Program-made: the position numbers and the translations under genes
The notes under the pieces: model-generated
Database searches by the model: none
Told to the model about the DNA's origin: nothing
The model's input: the letters and a program-made list of their open reading frames with translations, nothing else
Part shown: piece after piece, positions 1 to 9,504 of the stretch
Layout: every line of letters begins with the position of its first letter
How positions within the stretch are numbered: position 1 is the first letter of the stretch
Origin: Fusobacteriaceae bacterium
GTDB taxonomy: Bacteria > Fusobacteriota > Fusobacteriia > Fusobacteriales > Fusobacteriaceae
Reading direction: 5' to 3'
Assembly: GCA_051648485.1 (NCBI GenBank)
Contig: JBOFFH010000144.1
Location: 2,042 to 66,041 of the forward strand
Length of the DNA: 64,000 nt

Positions 1-1
1 A

Positions 2-148
2 TATTATAATGGTACTGTTAAAAACTTCAATACTAAAGTTGAAACTTTTCCAAATAATATGATTGCTAATTTTATGAATTTAAAAAAATATCCATACTTC
101 GAAATTAAAAATGAGGTTGAGAGAGAAAATGTTAACGTTCAATTTTAG
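2..148 (+). CDS. lemA: LemA family protein, C-terminal fragment (5' end lies outside the window)
   Basis: Frame 2 reads YYNGTVKNFNTKVETFPNNMIANFMNLKKYPYFEIK...VQF*, ending at TAG 146-148. This resembles the conserved LemA C-terminus (YN..V..YN..I..FP.N..A). It is followed by a DUF2207 gene, the usual LemA partner. Confidence 0.7.
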   Translation, partial: YYNGTVKNFNTKVETFPNNMIANFMNLKKYPYFEIKNEVERENVNVQF

Positions 149-1853
149 TTCTTTAAAAATTTTAATTTTATTTATATCTATTTTTTCTTGGAGTTTTTCA
201 GAAGACTTTGGCTACTATATTCAAAATTATAATGTAGGCATAGTTATCAATGAAAAAAATGAGTACTCTATTCAAGAAAAAATAGATGTGTTTTTTAACT
301 CTCCTAGAAGGGGAATTATTCGTTCTATTCCTTCTAAATATGGTGATAGAAACATTAAACTTTCTAACCTTAAAATTGATGCTCCTTATTCTCAAGACAA
401 TTTTAATAATGGTGTTAGTCTTAAAATAGGAGATTCTAAAGTCTATCTCACAGGAAAAAAAACTTATAATATTTTATATAACTACCATATGGGGTGGGAT
501 GGAATTGATTCATATGATGAAGTTTACTACAATCTTATTGGAAATCAATGGGATACAACTATTGAAAAAGTTAATTTTAAAATAGTTTTACCCAAAAAAT
601 TTGATGCTACAAAAATTAACTTTACTATTGGAGAATATGGAGCTACAAAAAAAGCTGATGTTAGTTTTAAAATAGTAGATAATTCTATTATAGGTTTTAT
701 CAACACACCTTTAAATCCTGGTGAAGCTCTTACTTTAGCTATGAGTCTACCTCAAAATTATTTTCAAGTTAGTTCCCCTAGAGTAATTTTAAATATTTTA
801 AAACTTATTTTGCATGGACTAGCTATTATCTTTCCTATTTTAGGATTGCTTTTATGGATTAAATTTGGTAAAAATAAACCTTTTGTTGAAACTGTAGAAT
901 TTTATCCTCCAAATAATATGAATCCATGTGAAATTGGATATTTTATAGATGGAAGTGTGGATACTAAAGATATTACAAGTCTTTTAATCTATTGGGCTGA
1001 AAAAGGATATTTAAATATTGTAGAAGATGAAAAAAAAGGGATTTTTAAAAACTCAACTCTTTATCTAGAAAAATTAAAAAATATTGAAGCTACTGATAAT
1101 CAATACGAAGAGTATTTATTTGAAAATCTTTTCTCTTTTTCTGAAAATGATAAAATTTTATATTTGAAAGATTTAGAAAATAAATTTTATAAATATATTG
1201 AAAAAACTTATTCCCTTATCAAAATAGATCTTTTTAGTAAATATTCGACTCTTTATACAAGAAAAAGTCTTTCAGTAGGAAGTTTTATCTGTTCGCTTCC
1301 ATTGATAAGTGTATTTTTTATTTTACTTTATAATTCTATAAATAAAAATCTTAACTTTTTTACTATGGAGAATTTAAGTGGCTTAACTCTTTTCATTAGC
1401 CTTTTTCCTTTTTTATTGTTATCCAGTCTTGTTACTTTTATTATAGGAACTAAAACTAAAAGATATACTGAAAATAGTCACAGTATTATTGGAAGAACTA
1501 GAGGTTTTAAAAACTTTTTAATGACTGCTGAAAAAGAACGATTGGAAATGCTGATTCATGAAAACCCAAAATATTTTTATGATATTTTACCATATACTAT
1601 TGTTTTGGGTGTCAGTGATAAGTGGGCTAATAAATTCGTAGATTTAGTTAAAGAACCACCTAATTGGTATCGTTCGAATACTGGTGATATTTTTATGATG
1701 AGTTTATTTATGAGCTCTTTCACTCGTTCTTTAAATAGCTTTCAAAAAAATGCTTATTCTATCCCTCCTTCTAACAGAGGACCAGGTAGTTCTTCTATGG
1801 GTGGAGGTTCTGCTGGCGGAGGTGCTGGCGGAGGCGGAGGCTCTAGCTGGTAG
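111..1853 (+). CDS. DUF2207 domain-containing membrane protein with Gly-rich C-terminal tail
   Basis: 580-aa ORF with an N-terminal signal/TM, a large extracytoplasmic domain, several TM helices and a tail SSMGGGSAGGGAGGGGGSSW typical of DUF2207. The start is uncertain (ATG 111 overlaps lemA; alternative ATG at 129). Confidence 0.75.
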   Translation: MRLREKMLTFNFSSLKILILFISIFSWSFSEDFGYYIQNYNVGIVINEKNEYSIQEKIDVFFNSPRRGIIRSIPSKYGDRNIKLSNLKIDAPYSQDNFNNGVSLKIGDSKVYLTGKKTYNILYNYHMGWDGIDSYDEVYYNLIGNQWDTTIEKVNFKIVLPKKFDATKINFTIGEYGATKKADVSFKIVDNSIIGFINTPLNPGEALTLAMSLPQNYFQVSSPRVILNILKLILHGLAIIFPILGLLLWIKFGKNKPFVETVEFYPPNNMNPCEIGYFIDGSVDTKDITSLLIYWAEKGYLNIVEDEKKGIFKNSTLYLEKLKNIEATDNQYEEYLFENLFSFSENDKILYLKDLENKFYKYIEKTYSLIKIDLFSKYSTLYTRKSLSVGSFICSLPLISVFFILLYNSINKNLNFFTMENLSGLTLFISLFPFLLLSSLVTFIIGTKTKRYTENSHSIIGRTRGFKNFLMTAEKERLEMLIHENPKYFYDILPYTIVLGVSDKWANKFVDLVKEPPNWYRSNTGDIFMMSLFMSSFTRSLNSFQKNAYSIPPSNRGPGSSSMGGGSAGGGAGGGGGSSW

Positions 1854-1907
1854 ACAAAATTATTTTATTGGTGTACAATAAAGATATTTTATTTCAAGGG
1901 GTGCAAT

Positions 1908-2753
1908 ATGTTATTATTATTTTTAAAAGGTATCATTATTGGTGTTGCCAATATTATGCCTGGGGTTTCTGGTGGAACTTTAGCTGTGGTACTTGGGATT
2001 TATGATAAACTCATCGGTGCTATTGGTAATTTTATTACTTGTTCTTTTAAAAGAAAAGTTGAATATTTAAAATTTTTGACTCCTATTATTTTTGGAGCTT
2101 TAACTGGAATTTTAATTTTTGCTAAAATATTACAATATCTTTATATTAATTATCCTGTCCCTACAGGAATAGGATTTATGCTTCTTATAATTCCATCTAT
2201 TCCACTTATTATCAAAGGACAAAAATTTAGTAATATCAATACTTTTTCTTTTTTTCTTGGTGCTTTACTCACTTTAATTTTTATTATTTTAGGAGTTAAA
2301 TATGGAGTGAAAACTGATAATTTTGGAAGTGTTGGTGATTTTTCCATAAATTATGGAATTAAACTTCTACTTTCTGGAGTTGTTGCAGCAGGAGCTATGA
2401 TTATTCCAGGAATTTCGGGTTCTTTGCTACTACTTATGATAGGAGAATACTATAATATTCTTTTTTCTATAAACGCTACAGTTAAATCTTTAATTGAGTT
2501 TTTGAAAGGAAATTCTAGTTTGAATTTTTTACAGCTTCTAACTGAACCTAGTTTTTTAAATCTTTATTTTTTTGTAGTGGGAGTACTTTTAGGAATTGTA
2601 GGTTTTTCTAAATTTATTGATTTTATGCTGAAAAAATACAAAGGAATTACACTGTTTTTTATTGATGGAATAGTTGTTATTTCATTACTTCAAATTCTTA
2701 TGAATATTTTTCCTGTTATCAATACTTTTATAGAAAAGCTAGTAATTAGATAA
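1908..2753 (+). CDS. DUF368 family membrane protein (PopT-like candidate undecaprenyl-phosphate translocase)
   Basis: The motif GVANIMPGVSGGTLAVVLGIY is repeated later as IIPGISGSLLLLMIGEY, the internal duplication characteristic of DUF368. The protein is polytopic. Confidence 0.8.
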   Translation: MLLLFLKGIIIGVANIMPGVSGGTLAVVLGIYDKLIGAIGNFITCSFKRKVEYLKFLTPIIFGALTGILIFAKILQYLYINYPVPTGIGFMLLIIPSIPLIIKGQKFSNINTFSFFLGALLTLIFIILGVKYGVKTDNFGSVGDFSINYGIKLLLSGVVAAGAMIIPGISGSLLLLMIGEYYNILFSINATVKSLIEFLKGNSSLNFLQLLTEPSFLNLYFFVVGVLLGIVGFSKFIDFMLKKYKGITLFFIDGIVVISLLQILMNIFPVINTFIEKLVIR

Positions 2754-2756
2754 AAA

Positions 2757-2818
2757 AAAAACGAATTTTTACAAAAACATGACTAACGTCAATAGTTTTA
2801 TAGTAAAAATTCGTTTTT
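2757..2818. terminator. Bidirectional hairpin between convergent DUF368 and ABC exporter genes
   Basis: Perfect 15-bp arms aaaaacgaattttta (2757-2771) and taaaaattcgttttt (2804-2818). A/T runs flank both sides. The long loop has an inner aaaac/gtttt pairing. Confidence 0.55.
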
Positions 2819-4621
2819 TTATCTAGTATATTGTTCACTATACATCTCATAGTAAAAACCTTTTTTCTCTAAAAGTGTTTCGTGATCTCCTATCTCTATT
2901 ACTTTTCCATCTTTTACCACTAAAATTTTATTTGCATTTTTTATTGTAGATAACCTGTGTGCTATTATAAAACTTGTCCTATTTTTTATAATTTTATTTA
3001 TTGCATTCACTAATTTTTTTTCTGTTCTGGTATCTACTCCACTTGTAGCTTCATCTAATATTAGTATTTTAGGATCATTTATAATTGCCCTCGCTATGGT
3101 CAAAAGTTGTTTTTGTCCATTTGAAAAATTGCTTTTTTCTTCACTTAAAAAAGTCTTGTATCCTTGGGCTAACGACAAAATATAGTTATGAATTCCAACA
3201 GCTTGACAAATTTCTTCTACTTTTTCTTGAGAAATATTTTTATTACCATAAGTTATATTTTCCAAAATAGTTCCTTTGAAAATCCATACGTCTTGAAGCA
3301 CTACACCCAGTATTCTTCTGTAATCTTTTTTTCTATAATTCTTTATATTCTCACCATCTAAAAGAATTTCACCTGCATCAATTTCATAAAACCTCATGAG
3401 CAGGTTCATAAGAGTTGTTTTTCCACCACCTGTTGGACCTACTATTGCAACTGTTTCCCCAGCATTAATTTTCATATTAAGATTTTCTATAAGAATCTTA
3501 TTTTTATCATAAGAAAAATTTATATTCTTAAATTCTAAATCTCCTTTTATTTCTAGAGGAAACTCTTTTATGGATATCTCTTCTAAATCTATATCTTCCG
3601 ATTCTAAATATTCAAAATACCTTTCACCACTGACTATTACACTTTGAATAATATTGTAAAAATCTGAAATGTTGGCTATTGGTCTATTGAACATTCTTAC
3701 ATATATAATAAAACTTGTAAGTTGCGAAAGAGTTAATTTTTCTTGAAAAATATACATCGTACCAATAAAAACAATAATTCCATATGATAAATTCCCAACA
3801 AAATTGAGTGTTGGGTAGTTAAATCCACCAAAGAAATATGCTTTTATTGAACTTTCTTTATATTTGGCACTTAAGTTGTTAAAAATAGATATACCTTTAT
3901 TTTCATAAACAAAGTTTTTCACTTCCCATTGTCCTAAAAAATTTTCTTCTATAAATGATGAAAGCTCTCCTAAATTCTTTTGTCTTTCTCTCATTTTTTT
4001 TCTACTTTTTTCAATAAACTTTTTTAAAAAAATCATTACAAAAGTGATTAGTAGAAGTTGAACGAAAGTTAAAAAAGGATTAATAGCTAACATTATTCCA
4101 AAAGTTATTCCAACGGTTAGCATATTTACAAAAATTTGACTCACTATTTGTGAAATCGATGAACTTATATTATCTATATCGTTTATAATAATACTCATGA
4201 TATTTCCGTGAGCATTTGAATCTATATATTTCAGAGAAAAACTATTTAATTTTTGAAAACTTTTACTTCTCATTTCTTCAACTATCTTTTGAGTAACTTT
4301 ATTCAAATTAATATTTTGTAGATAGTTTAAAAAAGCTGATAAACTATATATTCCCGATAAAATAAAAACTATTTTTCCTAAATCATAAAAATCTTTGTCC
4401 AACATATTTAATTTTAGTATTCCTATACCTTTTCCAATTAAATATGGTCCTAAAATACTTAAAAAATTTGAAACAAAAGCTATAATTATTAAAAAAATAA
4501 AAACTTTTTTATGATCTAAAATATAGGGTAAAATTTTTTTCAAAATATATTTTTTTTCTTCTAAATTTTTTTCATTCAATTCTATTTTTTTACCAATTCT
4601 TCCACCCGTTCTATCTCTCAT
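2819..4621 (-). CDS. ABC transporter permease/ATP-binding protein (type I exporter half-transporter)
   Basis: N-terminal 6-TM domain. Walker A GPTGGGKTT, signature FSNGQKQLL and Walker B ILILDEATS are present. The start overlaps the upstream partner's stop (ATGA). Confidence 0.9.
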   Translation of the reverse strand: MRDRTGGRIGKKIELNEKNLEEKKYILKKILPYILDHKKVFIFLIIIAFVSNFLSILGPYLIGKGIGILKLNMLDKDFYDLGKIVFILSGIYSLSAFLNYLQNINLNKVTQKIVEEMRSKSFQKLNSFSLKYIDSNAHGNIMSIIINDIDNISSSISQIVSQIFVNMLTVGITFGIMLAINPFLTFVQLLLITFVMIFLKKFIEKSRKKMRERQKNLGELSSFIEENFLGQWEVKNFVYENKGISIFNNLSAKYKESSIKAYFFGGFNYPTLNFVGNLSYGIIVFIGTMYIFQEKLTLSQLTSFIIYVRMFNRPIANISDFYNIIQSVIVSGERYFEYLESEDIDLEEISIKEFPLEIKGDLEFKNINFSYDKNKILIENLNMKINAGETVAIVGPTGGGKTTLMNLLMRFYEIDAGEILLDGENIKNYRKKDYRRILGVVLQDVWIFKGTILENITYGNKNISQEKVEEICQAVGIHNYILSLAQGYKTFLSEEKSNFSNGQKQLLTIARAIINDPKILILDEATSGVDTRTEKKLVNAINKIIKNRTSFIIAHRLSTIKNANKILVVKDGKVIEIGDHETLLEKKGFYYEMYSEQYTR

Positions 4622-6327
4622 AAGTATATCTCCTGAGAATCACATATTTCTTTATATATTTCATTTTTTTCTAAAAGTTCTTTGTGAGTACCTATTCCAA
4701 CAATTTCTCCTTTATCCATAACTAATATTTTATCTGATTTTATTAGGGAAGATACTTTACTAGAAACGGTTATCGTCGTAGTAGATTTAATTTTTTCCAA
4801 AAGTTCTTTTTTTAATTTACTTTCCGTTATATAGTCTAAAGCACTAAAACTATCATCAAAAATTAAAATTTCACTATTTTTTAATATTGTTCTAGCTATC
4901 GAAAATCTTTGTTTTTGACCACCAGAAAAATTCACTCCTCCTTTATAAACTTTTGTTTCGTAAGCTTCAGGAAGTGAATCTACAAAATCATGAATTTGAG
5001 CTATCTCTACAACCTCTTTTATTCTATTTAAATCAGCATTCTCATCTCCCCAGTTCATATTTTCTTTGATACTTTGAGAAAATAAAAAACTTTTTTGAAA
5101 TACAGTTCCAACTCTTTTTCTAAGTTCACCCAAGCACATACCTCTTATATTTGTTCCATTTATATAAATTTCACCATTTTGAGGAGTATACAATCTGGGT
5201 ATAAGATTAATAAGAGTTGTTTTTCCTGCTCCTATTCCACCTATAATTCCTATTTTTTCTGTCTTTTTAACCACAAAACTTATATTTTTCAAAACAGGTT
5301 TAGATTTTTCATCATAATAAAAAGTTACATTTTTAAATTCTAAAATATTTTCAGAATTATTTTCACTGTTTCTACAGCATTTTTCATCCAGCTCTACAGG
5401 TTCATCCAATACTTCTTGGATTCTCTTTTTAGATACAATTGTTTTTCCAGATATAGAAAATAAAAAAGTTAAAACTCCCATAGAAAAAACTAACATATTC
5501 AAATAATTTATTAAGGCTATTATCTCTCCTACTTTTATTTCACCAAAATTTACATCTTTTCCACTCCACCATAAAACCAAAACTATTCCCATATTTATAA
5601 GGTAGGTTATAATAGGAGTTTTTGCTCCCATTATATTGTCTGCTTTAACAATATTCTCTACTAATTGGTTATTTATTTTTGAAAACTTCTTGTATTCATA
5701 GTTATCTTGAGAAAGGGCTTTTATTACCCTAGCTCCTATCAAATTTTCTTGAAGCAATGATGTCAAACTATCTAATTGTTTTCTAATTTTTTCATAAAGA
5801 GGCATAGATTTTTTCATATATGTATAGGTAAATAATACTGTAAACAATACTATAAAAAGAAATATTGTGGCAAACTTCAAATTTATTAATGCTGCAAAAA
5901 ATATCGCCCCTACTCCTGTTACTAAGCCTCTAAGCACCATCCGCATAGACATCATTGTCATAGAAACTATACTATCGACATCTCCTGTTACTCTCGTTAT
6001 AAGTGAAGTTTGTGTAAATCTGTTTAACTGATCCATAGTAAAATATTGAACTTTTGTGAAAAGTCTATTTCTTAAATCTTCACCAAAATTTTGAGCAGCA
6101 TCTACTGTGAAATAATTGCAAGCTATAGCACTCACATAACCCATTGTGGCTATAATAAGCATGTAACTTGAGTATTTTATAACGTAATCTACATCTCTGT
6201 TTAAAATCCCCACATCTATTATTTTAGCCATTATAAGAGGTAATATAAGTTCTCCTATGGATTCTAAAGATTTCAGTCCTATACCCAAGATAGCTTTTTT
6301 ATAAAATTTTTTCACACTATTTATCAT
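4618..6327 (-). CDS. ABC transporter permease/ATP-binding protein (partner half-transporter, heterodimeric exporter)
   Basis: TM domain followed by an NBD. Walker A GGIGAGKTT, signature FSGGQKQRF and Walker B ILIFDDSFS are present. It is translationally coupled to 2819-4621. Confidence 0.9.
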   Translation of the reverse strand: MINSVKKFYKKAILGIGLKSLESIGELILPLIMAKIIDVGILNRDVDYVIKYSSYMLIIATMGYVSAIACNYFTVDAAQNFGEDLRNRLFTKVQYFTMDQLNRFTQTSLITRVTGDVDSIVSMTMMSMRMVLRGLVTGVGAIFFAALINLKFATIFLFIVLFTVLFTYTYMKKSMPLYEKIRKQLDSLTSLLQENLIGARVIKALSQDNYEYKKFSKINNQLVENIVKADNIMGAKTPIITYLINMGIVLVLWWSGKDVNFGEIKVGEIIALINYLNMLVFSMGVLTFLFSISGKTIVSKKRIQEVLDEPVELDEKCCRNSENNSENILEFKNVTFYYDEKSKPVLKNISFVVKKTEKIGIIGGIGAGKTTLINLIPRLYTPQNGEIYINGTNIRGMCLGELRKRVGTVFQKSFLFSQSIKENMNWGDENADLNRIKEVVEIAQIHDFVDSLPEAYETKVYKGGVNFSGGQKQRFSIARTILKNSEILIFDDSFSALDYITESKLKKELLEKIKSTTTITVSSKVSSLIKSDKILVMDKGEIVGIGTHKELLEKNEIYKEICDSQEIYL

Positions 6328-6342
6328 AGTATCATCTCCAAC

Positions 6343-7059
6343 TTAGATTATTTCTACATCTGCATGAACTTTATAAATTATATCTTTTCTCTCAATATAT
6401 ATTTCAGCTTTTTCTTTCAAACTAGGTGTTTCTTTTATTTTTTCCAAAAGCTCTTTAGATGGATTTATAGCTCTTGGATGCCCTACCATGTTCAACATGC
6501 TAAAATCTCCATTGGTATCTCCATAAGCATAACTCTCTTCTAATTTTATTTTATATTTTTCACAAAATTTTTCTATTGCTTTTAATTTATTGGCAGAATC
6601 CCACATAGGTGAAATTTCACCAGATAGCATTTCGTCTTCTACATGGTATATAGACCCACAATAATCATCTGCACCCCATTTTTTAGCCATTCTTGAAACT
6701 AAAAAATCAGGACTCCCTGAAATAAATATTACTACATGACTTTGCTCTTTATGCCAGCTAATCATATCTCTTGTATATTTATAAACTCTATTTCCTTCAA
6801 GTTCCATAACTTGGTCAGAGATAAACTCATTATATTTTAATGACAGTCCTTTTACGGCTTTTACGTAAGTTTGAGTAAGACCTTGAAGATAGTTGTCATA
6901 ATCTCCAACTCTTTCATCCCATTTTTTAAAAGTATCTTTGACTTTACTTTCATACTCTCCTATATCTAAAAGCTCATATTTTATAAGTTTTTTAAAATGT
7001 TCTATAAGTAAAGAGTTTCTATATATTGTTCCATCTATATCAAAAAATGCTGCTTTCAT
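6343..7059 (-). CDS. HAD-IB family hydrolase (SerB-like phosphatase)
   Basis: HAD motif I AAFFDIDGTIY, with motifs ISGSP and GDTNGD later. The start is trimmed to the ATG at 7059, which has SD AAAGGAG 7 nt upstream; the longer ORF start at 7116 lies inside a terminator. Confidence 0.8.
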   Translation of the reverse strand: MKAAFFDIDGTIYRNSLLIEHFKKLIKYELLDIGEYESKVKDTFKKWDERVGDYDNYLQGLTQTYVKAVKGLSLKYNEFISDQVMELEGNRVYKYTRDMISWHKEQSHVVIFISGSPDFLVSRMAKKWGADDYCGSIYHVEDEMLSGEISPMWDSANKLKAIEKFCEKYKIKLEESYAYGDTNGDFSMLNMVGHPRAINPSKELLEKIKETPSLKEKAEIYIERKDIIYKVHADVEII

Positions 7060-7084
7060 ATTTTTTCTCCTTTTTAATTTTATT

Positions 7085-7116
7085 AAAACAAAAGAGAGGT
7101 TTTTGGCCTCTCTCAC
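7085..7116 (-). terminator. Intrinsic terminator after the 70-aa ORF
   Basis: Minus strand reads gagagaggccaaaaacctctcttttgtttt. The stem is agagagg/cctctct (7093-7099 / 7107-7113) and is followed by a T-rich run. Confidence 0.6.
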
Positions 7117-7122
7117 AATTTA

Positions 7123-7335
7123 TTATTTAAAAAAACTTAAAAAGTTTAATCTATAAAAAAATATTAGCTCTTTTTTAAGATTTTCATCTTTAAAGTCTTC
7201 TAACTGTTCTTTTAAATAAGTAACTGCTTCTAATCCTGCTTTTCCCTTTGTACAAAGATGAAAACATTTATTTGTATAATTTAATTTTTCTTCTATGTAT
7301 ACTAATTTTTCAAATTCATTTGTATTAAATTCCAT
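7123..7335 (-). CDS. Hypothetical small protein (70 aa)
   Basis: The ORF has a GGGGG SD-like element 6 nt before the ATG and is followed by a terminator. No family was recognised. Confidence 0.4.
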   Translation of the reverse strand: MEFNTNEFEKLVYIEEKLNYTNKCFHLCTKGKAGLEAVTYLKEQLEDFKDENLKKELIFFYRLNFLSFFK

Positions 7336-7450
7336 ATTAAACCCCCGAGTTAGTGTAATTATTGCTTATCGTAACTATACGCATATAATTAAGAATACTA
7401 CAATAACTAAACTTTGAAAATATGAAAAATTTTACTTTTTATTTTTTATT

Positions 7451-7705
7451 TTATTTTATTATTTCCATTTCTATAGAATCACATAATTTCAAAGTTTTAG
7501 AAAAACTATTTTCATTCAAAAATTTGCACATTTCTTTTTCTTGTTTAATCATCTCGTTTATAAAATCTTCTACCAATTTTAGATCTTCAATGCTAAATTT
7601 TTCTGCTTTACTAAAATCTATTTTAAAATTTTTATTTTCTAAATTTTTTGAGATTTCAAATTCTTTTATTGAGTCTGCTGAATAAAGTTCTTTTTCTTTT
7701 ATCAC
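7451..7705 (-). CDS. Hypothetical small acidic protein (84 aa)
   Basis: GTG start with SD AAGGAG 7 nt upstream, 30 nt after the GGDEF-EAL stop. Its K/E-rich composition is typical of real genes in this genome. The overlapping plus-strand ORF 7422-7685 is F/S/I-rich, as expected for an antisense artefact. Confidence 0.4.
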   Translation of the reverse strand: MIKEKELYSADSIKEFEISKNLENKNFKIDFSKAEKFSIEDLKLVEDFINEMIKQEKEMCKFLNENSFSKTLKLCDSIEMEIIK

Positions 7706-7735
7706 ATTTTATCTCCTTATAAAATTTTCAAGACT

Positions 7736-9430
7736 TTATCTTTCCTTATTCAAAAGTTCTTTTATTTTTTCTTCATTTAAAGGTTTAGAAAAATAGTGTC
7801 CTTGATAAAAATCTGTTTTCTCAATTTTTAGCATCTCTAACTCTTCTAAAGTTTCGATACCTTCAGCCACTACTGTTAAATTTAAAGAGTGTGAAGAATC
7901 AATTATCAGTTTTACTATTTTTTTATACTGTTCACTAGAGTTCATTTTTTCCACAAAACTTCTATCTATTTTTACTTTACTTACAGGAAGACTCACCAAA
8001 TAATTAAAAGATGAATATCCTATGCCGAAATCATCTAAATAAATATTTATTCCTATATCTTTTAACTCATTCAATTTAATTGTATTTTTTTCTATTTCTT
8101 TCATAAGAGTAGTTTCAGTTATTTCAAAAGCTATTTTTTCAGGATTCACACCTATTTCTTCAATACAACTCTTAACTTTTTCTATAAAATTACTTTCCAT
8201 TAATTGTTTTGGTGAAATATTTATAGAAACAACATATTCTTTTTTGTACTCTTCATTTATTTTTTTTATAAAAATAAATGCTTTTTTCATAAGATAGTCT
8301 CCAACTATGCCTATAATATTTCGCTCTTCTAATATTTTTATCATTTCTACTACAGATATTTTAGAGTATTTTTCAGAATTCCACCTAAAAAGAGCTTCAA
8401 ATCCATAAATTTCACCATTTTCTAAATATTGTGGCTGATAGTGAAAATTTATTTTTTCTAATTTTATAGCTTTTATTACATCTTCTTCTAAATTTAATAA
8501 AATATTTTTTTCTCGTTCTAAACTTTCTGTATAGGCTATGTAATTATTTTTACCTTTTTCTTTAGCTTTGTAAAGTGCGAAATCTGCGTTTAAAAGAAAA
8601 ATATCTAAATTTTGGTTGAATCCATAGTTAGAATATCCCCCTATACTTCCTGACAAATTAAAATATTTCTCAGTAGAATTAGCAATATCTCTTATATTTG
8701 ATAGAATTTTTTTTGCCATTTCTTCAAGATTTTTTCTAGAATCATTTTTTTTCCAAAGAATTACAAATTCATCGCCACCTATTCTAAAAATTTTGGCTTT
8801 TTTACAGTTTTTTTTCAGTTTTTCAACTGTTTCTAGTATTACTTTGTCCCCTGTATTGTGACCGTAGTTATCATTTATTCTTTTAAAGTTATCTAAATCT
8901 AAAACTAGTATACATATTTCTTCTTTTTCTTTTTGTAATTCTTCAAAACTTTTTAAAAGTGCTCTTCTATTACCTACTCCAGTTAAAAAATCTGTATAAG
9001 CCAATCTTTCTATTTCTTTTTTAAGTTCTGTAGTTTCAGTTATATCTCTAACCATCCCTACAATTCCTATAATTTCATTTTTGTTATTCAGCACTGGTGT
9101 TTTATATACTCTTAAAATATTTTCAATATTATTTTTTTTGATTTTTCTTTCAAAAGAAAATGATTTTTTTTTCTCTAAAAGTACTTCGTCTTCTTTTTTA
9201 TAATCTCCATTCGACTCTTTCGAAAGAACTTCACTCATACACTTTCCAATTACAGTCGTATTTTCAACTTCAAATATTTCATAAAATTTTTTATTAGTAC
9301 CCAATATTTTACCTTCTGAATCTTTATACCAAACAGCAAATGGAATATTTTCAATTAAAGTTTCCCTGACTTCATTTTTTTTTAGTGTTTTTAATAATTC
9401 TTTTATTCGTTCATCATTTATTATACTCAC
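7736..9430 (-). CDS. PAS-GGDEF-EAL c-di-GMP turnover protein
   Basis: N-terminal PAS-like region, followed by the GGDEF motif RIGGDEFVIL with upstream DNFKRINDNYGH. The EAL domain carries EALFRW, DDFGIGYSS and EGIET. GTG start with SD GAGGAGG. Confidence 0.9.
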   Translation of the reverse strand: MSIINDERIKELLKTLKKNEVRETLIENIPFAVWYKDSEGKILGTNKKFYEIFEVENTTVIGKCMSEVLSKESNGDYKKEDEVLLEKKKSFSFERKIKKNNIENILRVYKTPVLNNKNEIIGIVGMVRDITETTELKKEIERLAYTDFLTGVGNRRALLKSFEELQKEKEEICILVLDLDNFKRINDNYGHNTGDKVILETVEKLKKNCKKAKIFRIGGDEFVILWKKNDSRKNLEEMAKKILSNIRDIANSTEKYFNLSGSIGGYSNYGFNQNLDIFLLNADFALYKAKEKGKNNYIAYTESLEREKNILLNLEEDVIKAIKLEKINFHYQPQYLENGEIYGFEALFRWNSEKYSKISVVEMIKILEERNIIGIVGDYLMKKAFIFIKKINEEYKKEYVVSINISPKQLMESNFIEKVKSCIEEIGVNPEKIAFEITETTLMKEIEKNTIKLNELKDIGINIYLDDFGIGYSSFNYLVSLPVSKVKIDRSFVEKMNSSEQYKKIVKLIIDSSHSLNLTVVAEGIETLEELEMLKIEKTDFYQGHYFSKPLNEEKIKELLNKER

Positions 9431-9454
9431 TTTTTAAATCCTCCTCTCTTCTTT

Positions 9455-9489
9455 TTAAAAAATTTAACATTTTTAATCTTTAAATGTTA
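9455..9489 (-). terminator. Weak AT-rich hairpin plus T-run after the histidine kinase gene
   Basis: Minus strand has stem taacattt/aaatgtta (8 bp) followed by aatttttt. Confidence 0.35.
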
Positions 9490-9504
9490 GCTCATTTATT
9501 AATT

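Noticed and set aside
1780-1853. GC-rich repetitive stretch (ggtggaggttctgctggcggaggtgctggcggaggcggaggc).
   Set aside because: It encodes the Gly-rich C-terminal tail characteristic of DUF2207 proteins and is not a separate repeat element.
7422-7685. Plus-strand 87-aa ORF overlapping the minus-strand 84-aa ORF.
   Set aside because: Its F/S/I-rich low-complexity translation is typical of the antisense of a K/E-rich gene in AT-rich DNA. It has no SD, whereas the minus-strand ORF has AAGGAG-7-GTG.
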